From: an uncultured bacterium
GTDB taxonomy: Bacteria > Planctomycetota > UBA1135 > GCA-002686595
Direction: 5' to 3'
Assembly: GCA_943787795.1 (NCBI GenBank)
Contig: CALSNU010000001.1
Coordinates: 608,001-672,000 of the forward strand
Length of the DNA: 64,000 bases
The first letter of the stretch is position 1. The number at the start of each line of letters is the position of its first letter. This document shows positions 57,309 to 64,000 of this stretch, in pieces. The notes beneath the pieces were generated by a model, which saw nothing but the letters and a program-made list of their open reading frames with translations, did no database searches and was not told where the DNA came from. The position numbers and the translations under genes were made by a program.

Positions 57309-60206
57309 ATGCCGCCAACGCCCCGACTTCACTCCGCTGCCACCGCTTCGCCCGAGTTCCTGGGGTACGACGGACCGCTCCTGGCGAGGGCCGCTGAGAG
57401 CATCGTCGAGGAGGCGGGGGGGCCGGAGGATCTGGGGGAGATGATGATCGCGGTCCCCGGTGCCCGGGCCGGGCGCCAGCTGGCCCGGGAGCTGCGGGCC
57501 TGCGCCTCGGAGCGGGGCTGGGCGGGCTTCTTCGCGCCGACGATCACGACGCCCGGGGCGCTCGCGGATGCCCTCCTGCCCCTGGAGCATCCGCCCGCCG
57601 ACCGCACGACGCGGACGCTGGCGTGGGAGAGTGCCCTGGTGGGTGTTCGGCCCGAAATGCTCCTTCGGATCCTCTCGCGCCCGCCCGCACGGGGGGACCG
57701 CGCGGCCTGGTGGCGCGTGGCCGAGGAGCTCCGAGTGCTCCACGGGGAGCTCGCCCAGTGGGGCCATGACTTCGCCGCGGTGTTGAAGCGGCTGGAGACC
57801 CACTCTGGATGCCCGGTAGGGGAGCTCCGGCGCTGGGAGGCGCTGGTGGAGATCCAGAGCGTCTGGCGCGCGAAGATGACGAAGCTGGGGCTCTCGGATC
57901 CCCACGAGGGGCGCCTCCAGGCCCTCGAGTCGGGGCGGGTAGAGCGCGGGGCCCGGGTGGTCCTCGTGGGCGTCCTGGAGATGAACCGCCTGCTCCGCGA
58001 CGCGCTCCGCGGCCTCGACGAGGCGCCGCGTGTGCTCGTCTTCGCGCCGGAGGTCGCGGCCGAGGGCTTCGATGAGCTGGGGGCCCTCGTGACGTCACGG
58101 TGGGAGGAGGCGGAGGTGGACCTACCGCTCGACCAATGGCACGTGGTGGGGACCCCCGATGACCAGGCTCGCCTCGCCCTTTCCCTCGCGGCCGAGGCGG
58201 GGCCGGCGCACGCGGGTGAGCTGACGGTTGGGGTCCCGGATGGCGAGGTGGCGCCCCTGCTCGCGCGGCGGTTCGGCGCCGCTGACATCCACGCGAGGAG
58301 CGCCGCGGGGACGCCGCTTGGGCTCACAGCCCCGATGCGCCTGATCTCCGCGCTCGAGGCCTTTGCCCGCGCGCGCACGGCCGAGAACGCCGCGTCCCTC
58401 GTCCGCCACGGGGACCTCACGCGCTGGCTCGCCGGGCGCCTGGGGCACGACCCGGTCGCAAGGCTGGACAGGTACCGTCCGGAGCATCTGCCCCGGACGC
58501 TGGACCCCAGCCCCGAGGGTGGCGTCCTCGATCTCCCCGGCCAGGTGAGGGGGAGAGAGGACATCCGCCCGCTGCTGGGCGCGGTCGAGGAGTTGGGCGG
58601 GGCCCTCTTCACCGACGCCGCCGGCTCGCTCGCCGATCACGTGGGCCGGCTCCGCGAGCTCCTGATGCTCGTCTACGGCGAGCACCCGCTCCTTGAACAG
58701 GCTCGGACCAGCGAACCCGGCCGCCACGTGGAGGTCGCGCTTCGACGGCTGGGGACCGTCATGGATGAGCTCGAACGGATCCCCGCGACGGTGGCGAGGC
58801 AGATGAAGCCAGCCGACGCGCTGCGGCTGGTCTACTGGACGGCGGGGGGCGCGGCGGTCCCTGACCCGGTCGGGCAGGAGGGCCAGCCTGTGGTCGAGCT
58901 GCTCGGCTGGCTAGAGCTGCTCCTCGACGGGGCGCCGCACCTTGTGGTGACGGGCTTCAACGAGTCCAAGGTCCCCGAGCCCTCGACCCGGGACCCCTTC
59001 CTCCCGGACTCCATCCGCACGCTACTCGGGCTCGAGGATGACGCGCGTCGCACCGCGCGGGATGTCTACACCATGATCGCGCTCCTGCACTCGAAGCGAT
59101 CGCTGCACCTCATCAGCGGCAGGACGACCCGGGACGGGGACCCGCTGTTCCCCAGCCGACTGGCCTTCAGGGCGGGGGTCCAGGACGTGGCCGCGAGGGT
59201 GGATCACGCCCTCGAGCCCGTGGGGTTCGCGCCGGTGGAGGCGAACGACCGGGACGTGTCCGCAGAGCTTCCTCCGGTGATCGCGGACCCCCTGCCCCAG
59301 GACCGGTTCGCGGTGACCTCCTTCAAGTCCTTCCTGGACTCGCCGCTCCTCTACTACGTCCAGCGCGTCCTTCGCCTGGAGGCGGTGGACGACCGCGCGG
59401 GTGAGCTCGATGCGCTGCGGTTCGGCACCCTCGCCCACGACGTGCTCGAGGACCTCGGTACGAACGAGGAGCTGCGGGAGTCCACCAGCGTCGAAGACGT
59501 CGATGGGTTCCTACTCCATCGGCTCGACCGGCGGGCGGCAATGAGGTTCCCCAAGGCCGTCATGCCGGCGGTGCAGATTCAGCTCGGCCAGCTCCGGCTC
59601 CGCCTGAAGAGCTTCGCCCTCTGGCACGTGGGCGAGGTGCGCGACGGGTGGCGGATCCGCCACGCGGAGTGGAGCCCCGAGGGCGACGCCTCCATCGGCC
59701 GCGAGGGGTGCGCCCGGCTCGACATGGGGGCCGGTGAGGAGCCGGCGTGGATCCGCGGCAAGATCGACCGCATCGAGCAGCACTCGAAGACCGGGTTCTG
59801 GCGCGTGCTGGACTACAAGACCAGCCACAAAAGCAATGACCCCGCGAAGGTGCACCGCAAGAAGAACGGGGACTGGAAGGACCTCCAGCTTCCGCTCTAC
59901 GCCCACATGGTGCAGCCCCTGGTGGGGAGCGGCGTCGTGCCAGATCTGGGCTACGTCAACCTGCCCGGAGACGGGACCCGCGTGGAGCTCAAGCTCGTGG
60001 ACGGCAAGGTCACCTGGGGGCCTGAGGACATCCAGGACGCGATGGAGTGCGCCCGCGGCGTGGTCCGGCGGGTCCGGGCGGGCGACGTGGAGGACCTCGG
60101 CCGCGTGAAGACGGAGTTCATGCTTCCGATCGAGCGCGAGCTCCTCGGGGTCGGCCTGGTGCGTGAGCCCGATCCGGTCGCAGACGACGAGGAGGAGCGG
60201 TCATGA
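57309..60206 (+). CDS. addB: AddB-like subunit (inactive helicase plus PD-(D/E)xK nuclease)
   Basis: VPG.RAGR, FGTLAH, RGKIDRIE, LDYKT, LQLPLY; overlaps addA. Confidence 0.82.
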   Translation: MPPTPRLHSAATASPEFLGYDGPLLARAAESIVEEAGGPEDLGEMMIAVPGARAGRQLARELRACASERGWAGFFAPTITTPGALADALLPLEHPPADRTTRTLAWESALVGVRPEMLLRILSRPPARGDRAAWWRVAEELRVLHGELAQWGHDFAAVLKRLETHSGCPVGELRRWEALVEIQSVWRAKMTKLGLSDPHEGRLQALESGRVERGARVVLVGVLEMNRLLRDALRGLDEAPRVLVFAPEVAAEGFDELGALVTSRWEEAEVDLPLDQWHVVGTPDDQARLALSLAAEAGPAHAGELTVGVPDGEVAPLLARRFGAADIHARSAAGTPLGLTAPMRLISALEAFARARTAENAASLVRHGDLTRWLAGRLGHDPVARLDRYRPEHLPRTLDPSPEGGVLDLPGQVRGREDIRPLLGAVEELGGALFTDAAGSLADHVGRLRELLMLVYGEHPLLEQARTSEPGRHVEVALRRLGTVMDELERIPATVARQMKPADALRLVYWTAGGAAVPDPVGQEGQPVVELLGWLELLLDGAPHLVVTGFNESKVPEPSTRDPFLPDSIRTLLGLEDDARRTARDVYTMIALLHSKRSLHLISGRTTRDGDPLFPSRLAFRAGVQDVAARVDHALEPVGFAPVEANDRDVSAELPPVIADPLPQDRFAVTSFKSFLDSPLLYYVQRVLRLEAVDDRAGELDALRFGTLAHDVLEDLGTNEELRESTSVEDVDGFLLHRLDRRAAMRFPKAVMPAVQIQLGQLRLRLKSFALWHVGEVRDGWRIRHAEWSPEGDASIGREGCARLDMGAGEEPAWIRGKIDRIEQHSKTGFWRVLDYKTSHKSNDPAKVHRKKNGDWKDLQLPLYAHMVQPLVGSGVVPDLGYVNLPGDGTRVELKLVDGKVTWGPEDIQDAMECARGVVRRVRAGDVEDLGRVKTEFMLPIERELLGVGLVREPDPVADDEEERS

Positions 60207-63200
60207 GCCAGGCCGAGCTGTTCGGAGAAGACGACTCCATCAAGAAGCGGCGCCAGCTGCTCCTGGCATCGGCGGGCACCGGCAAGACCTTCCGGCTGGC
60301 CAACCACTTCGCCGGGCTTCTGGTGGCGGGCGTGGAGCCCAAGCAGGTGCTCGCGGCGACCTTCACCCGCAAGGCGGCGGGGGAGATCCTTGACCGGGTG
60401 CTCAAGCGCCTCCGCGAGGGCGCGGAGGAGGGCGCGGCAGGCGAGGAGGCGCGGGGCTATCTCCTGGAGGCCGCCCAGGCCGTGGAGCCCTATCGGGACA
60501 GCCTCTCCACCGGGGAGTGCGCGGAGACCCTCGCGCGGCTGGTCCGCCGCATCGAGCGCTTCCGGGTCCAGACCCTCGATGCCTTCTTCATCAGCCTCTC
60601 CCAGCTCTTCGCCATGGAGCTCGAGCTGGCCCCTGAATTCGCCATCGGGACGGCGGTGCAGGAGGTCGGCCTCGCCGCCGAGACCGTGGCACGGGTGCTG
60701 GACGGGCTCGAGGACGGTGAACGCCTCGAGCTCCTGCGGGCGCTCGTGCGCGGCGGGGCGTCCCGCAAGGCGCAGTCGGCGCTGCTGGAGGCGGTGTCCG
60801 AGGCCGAGAACGCCGCCGCCCAGGTGGGACCTGACGCGTGGGGGAACCTGAAGCCCCTCGATGGGGTGGATCCCGCCGAGGTGGAGGCCCAGGTCCGCTG
60901 TCTGCACCAGTGTGATGTGCCCGTCACCGCCAAGGGGGAGCCGAACAAGCTGTTTGCCAACGCGATCGACGCTCTGCGGGCGCTCGTCGGAGATGGCAGT
61001 GATCCGATCGACTCCTCCTTCTTCGGCATCGGCCTGGTGGAGAAGGTGATCGCCGGGGATGAGAAGTTCGCGCGCGCTCCGATCCCCGAGGACATCGCGG
61101 GAGCGATTCAAGTCCTCGCGCAGCGTGCCGGGGAGGACGCGGTCAATGAGCTCCTCACGCGGAACGAGGCCATGGGGTCCTTCCTGACCAAGTACGCCAG
61201 GGCCGAGGACAACCTCAGGGCCGAGTGGGGCATCTACCGCTTCCAGGACTTCTCGCGCGCTCTCGAGCGTGGGCCCGCGCGGGAGCAGCCCGAGGTCTGG
61301 CGTCAGGCGCTTGGCTTCCGGATGGACGCCAAGCTCTCGCACCTGCTGCTCGACGAGTTCCAGGACACCTCGGCCCAGCAGTGGCGCCTCCTCTTGCCCC
61401 TGGCGGAGGAGGTCCTCGCCGACGGCACCGAGGAGTCGAGCTTCTTCTGCGTGGGGGACGTGAAGCAGTCCATCTATGGGTGGCGTGGGGGCGAGCCTCG
61501 CCTCCTCTCGAGGATGCACGAGCGGCACCCCGGCCTCGAGAAGGAGGAGATGGTGGAGAACTATCGCTCCTCGAGGGTGATCCTCGACGTGGTCAACCAG
61601 GTCTTCGAGGGGCTGGCGGACCGCATGGCGCTGGCCGGAGAGAAGCGCTCCGCGGTCCGGCAGGCGGCCAGGCGCTGGAGCGAGAACTTCGGGCCCCACG
61701 AGGCGAAGAAGGACCTCCCGGGCGAGGCCCACGTCTGGCAGGTGCGCGCCCACGAGAAGGACCGCGGAGAGGTCAAGATGGACCCCGCCGTGGACCTCGC
61801 CGTCGAGCGGGTCCGCGTGCTCCACGCACGTCACCCCGACGCGTCCATCGCGATCCTCGTGCGGACCGCGAAGCTGGTTCCGACCCTGCGCTACCGCCTC
61901 GGGAAGGTCGGTATCGAGGCGAGCGACGAGGGCGGGAACCCGCTCACGGACTCCCTGCCGGTGACATGGCTGCTCGGGCTGCTCCAGCTCGCGGACCACC
62001 CAGGTGACGGCATCGCCGCCCTGCAGGTGGCGCGCTCTCCGTTCGGCCCGGACCTCGGACTGCTCCCCGCGGATGCGGGGAGCACGGATGCGCAGCGGCG
62101 GGCCTCGGAAGTCTCCGCGGAGCTCAGGGAGGAGCTCCTGCATATGGGATACGGACCGTTCTTCCAGCGCCGCATGGCGAGGCTCACCGAGGACGCCTCG
62201 GCCTGGGACCTGCGCCGCCTCGAGCAGCTCGTGGACCTCGCCGAGATCCACGACGCGGAGCCTGGACTGCGCCCGGCGGACTTCGCGGACGAGGTCCGCG
62301 CGAAGAAGGTCTCCGATCCCTCCCAGGCGCGGGTCAAGGTCATGACCATCCACGCCTCCAAGGGGCTCGAGTTCGACGCCGTCGTACTCCCCGAGCTGGG
62401 CCGGCTCTGGCAGCTCACGCCCAAGGGCGTGCTCCTCGAGTCCGAGTCCGAGGTGGCGCCTCCGCGGGTGGCGACGATGGCGCCCAGGGCGGACGTGGCT
62501 GCGCAGCACCCCGAGCTGGAGGCCCTGTACGAGGGCGAGAAGGAGCGCCAGATGGTCGACGAGCTCTCCGGGCTCTATGTGGCGCTGACCCGGGCGGTGC
62601 ACTCGATCGATCTGATCGTCTCCGCGCCTGGCAAGAAGTCGCCCAGCCAGAGCCACGGTGCCCTCGTCGCGGAGGCCTTCGATGGTCAGATCGTCGGTGA
62701 ACTCACCTTCGAGGGCGACCACGAGAAGGTCTGGTCCCACGCCGATTCCACCGACGCCTGGGCCCCGGTGCACGAGGGTCGCGCCAAGGAGCCCGTCGAG
62801 GAACACCGGCTGCAGCTGGATCCAGCGCCACAAGAAGACGCCGTCCGTGCCCCCAGCTCCGCGGGGCATTCGTCCGAGTCCGTACGCTCGTTGCTCTCCG
62901 GCTCCAGCGGCCGCGGCGCGCGCTTCGGGACGCTCGTGCACGCCCTCTTCGAGGACGTCGAGTGGTGGGGTCAGGGGCCGCGCGCGGATGCGGAGATGCG
63001 GGCCAGTCTTGGCCGCATCGGCGCGGAGGACCCCGAGCTCGTGGACGGTGCCCTCGCGAGGTTCCACGAGGCCATGGCTTCAGAGGCGCTGGTCCAGCTG
63101 CTCACCTGCCCGCCTGGTGAGGTCACGGTCCACAACGAGCGCTCCTTCGAGGTTCAGGTGGAAGATGAGGATGGAGCCCAGCTCCGCTGGCGCGGGTTCA

Positions 63201-63442
63201 TCGACCGGCTCGTGCTGCACCGGGAAGGGGGACGCGTAAAGAGCGCGCAGGTGATCGACTACAAGACCGACGCGGTCGCCTCGTCGGACGAGGTCCGCGC
63301 GGCCCACCGTGAGCAGATGGAGGCGTACCGATCGGCGGTCGCCGCGCTCTTCGGTCTGCCGTCCTCGGACGTCTCGTGCGCGCTCGTCTGGCTGAAGGAC
63401 CCTTCGGTCGCAGGCGTCGGCGCCGAGGTCCTCGAGGTCTGA
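60203..63442 (+). CDS. addA: AddA-like UvrD helicase-nuclease
   Basis: ASAGTGKT, TFTRKAA, DEFQDT, VGDVKQSIYGWRG, TIHASKGLE, YVALTRA, IDR..IDYKT. Confidence 0.9.
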   Translation: MSQAELFGEDDSIKKRRQLLLASAGTGKTFRLANHFAGLLVAGVEPKQVLAATFTRKAAGEILDRVLKRLREGAEEGAAGEEARGYLLEAAQAVEPYRDSLSTGECAETLARLVRRIERFRVQTLDAFFISLSQLFAMELELAPEFAIGTAVQEVGLAAETVARVLDGLEDGERLELLRALVRGGASRKAQSALLEAVSEAENAAAQVGPDAWGNLKPLDGVDPAEVEAQVRCLHQCDVPVTAKGEPNKLFANAIDALRALVGDGSDPIDSSFFGIGLVEKVIAGDEKFARAPIPEDIAGAIQVLAQRAGEDAVNELLTRNEAMGSFLTKYARAEDNLRAEWGIYRFQDFSRALERGPAREQPEVWRQALGFRMDAKLSHLLLDEFQDTSAQQWRLLLPLAEEVLADGTEESSFFCVGDVKQSIYGWRGGEPRLLSRMHERHPGLEKEEMVENYRSSRVILDVVNQVFEGLADRMALAGEKRSAVRQAARRWSENFGPHEAKKDLPGEAHVWQVRAHEKDRGEVKMDPAVDLAVERVRVLHARHPDASIAILVRTAKLVPTLRYRLGKVGIEASDEGGNPLTDSLPVTWLLGLLQLADHPGDGIAALQVARSPFGPDLGLLPADAGSTDAQRRASEVSAELREELLHMGYGPFFQRRMARLTEDASAWDLRRLEQLVDLAEIHDAEPGLRPADFADEVRAKKVSDPSQARVKVMTIHASKGLEFDAVVLPELGRLWQLTPKGVLLESESEVAPPRVATMAPRADVAAQHPELEALYEGEKERQMVDELSGLYVALTRAVHSIDLIVSAPGKKSPSQSHGALVAEAFDGQIVGELTFEGDHEKVWSHADSTDAWAPVHEGRAKEPVEEHRLQLDPAPQEDAVRAPSSAGHSSESVRSLLSGSSGRGARFGTLVHALFEDVEWWGQGPRADAEMRASLGRIGAEDPELVDGALARFHEAMASEALVQLLTCPPGEVTVHNERSFEVQVEDEDGAQLRWRGFIDRLVLHREGGRVKSAQVIDYKTDAVASSDEVRAAHREQMEAYRSAVAALFGLPSSDVSCALVWLKDPSVAGVGAEVLEV

Positions 63443-63446
63443 CCCC

Positions 63447-63872
63447 TCAGAGGCCCGCGGCTGCCTTGGCGCGCAGGATCTCCTCGCGCGGTAGGTGCCA
63501 GTCCGTGGCGGAGTCGTCGCTGCGGATCAGGTCGATGTTCTCCAAGGCGACCTCACTGACGATCTGACTGCCGTGAGCAATCCGGACGTTGACCTCGCCG
63601 TCGAGGTGGGCTCGGGTGGGCTCAGGGAACGAGAAGGCGTCGGGCGCGGACAGTCCATCCGCGAAGATGTTCTCTGCGGCCTCGTCCCAGATCTCTGCGA
63701 TGCCCTTGTCGTCTCTGACGTCGAAGGAACTCTCGTAGACGAGCTCCTCGCCTTGCCTGATCTCGAGCGAGAGCAGCCGCATGCCCCAGGGGTGGCATCC
63801 TGAAGCGGCGAGCGCGAGGACGACCAGGGAGAGCGCGAGGGGGGCCTTGGCCAGGCGAATGAGGAGCGTCAT
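63447..63872 (-). CDS. hypothetical lipoprotein
   Basis: ASGC lipobox after a hydrophobic stretch. Confidence 0.65.
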   Translation of the reverse strand: MTLLIRLAKAPLALSLVVLALAASGCHPWGMRLLSLEIRQGEELVYESSFDVRDDKGIAEIWDEAAENIFADGLSAPDAFSFPEPTRAHLDGEVNVRIAHGSQIVSEVALENIDLIRSDDSATDWHLPREEILRAKAAAGL

Positions 63873-64000
63873 GGCGATGGAGGGAGGGCCTTCGGAGTCT
63901 CGGGTGTACGGGGCCGCCGCGGCTTTGGTGGCCGCCTCTCCCTGGTTTTCTTGAGGGGGCCCCGCACCCGAGCTCCCCAGGCGGCCATTCGGGTTGAGGG

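Noticed and set aside
59951..63067. 1038-aa minus-strand ORF, and similar long antisense ORFs (43271-45229, 30692-32686, 19814-21382, 33578-35299)
   Set aside because: They lie antisense to well-supported genes and have no motifs; long shadow ORFs are expected at this GC content.
57309..63442. Nuclease-helicase pair as an anti-phage defence system
   Set aside because: Size, order and motifs match housekeeping AddAB recombination enzymes.

Overview
High-GC bacterial chromosomal segment with about 54 CDSs and one tRNA-Ser(GCT). The gene content (CRTAC1/FG-GAP, HEAT, carboxypeptidase-regulatory-like and PEGA exported proteins, plus a characteristic C-terminal domain) suggests Planctomycetota, possibly the OM190 group; this is inference, not a database result. 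Mostly housekeeping: glcDEF, ROK kinase, gpmI, an ISC operon (Rrf2-iscS-iscU-iscA-hscB-hscA-iscX, no fdx), dprA, kdsB, a DEAD-box helicase, msrB, mcsA-clpC (no mcsB), murD and addBA. No integrase, transposase, prophage or CRISPR array was found. Most notable: (1) a full-length glycogen-synthase homologue with most catalytic and donor-binding residues replaced, adjacent to a ROK kinase; (2) an archaeal AglB-like STT3 oligosaccharyltransferase with WWD changed to EWD, directly behind a YejM/PbgA-like membrane sulfatase-fold gene; (3) a secreted serine hydrolase with an apparently unnamed ~135-aa C-terminal domain; (4) a histidine phosphatase coupled to kdsB as a candidate KdsC substitute. All calls come from motif reading by eye, and several start codons were re-assigned manually.
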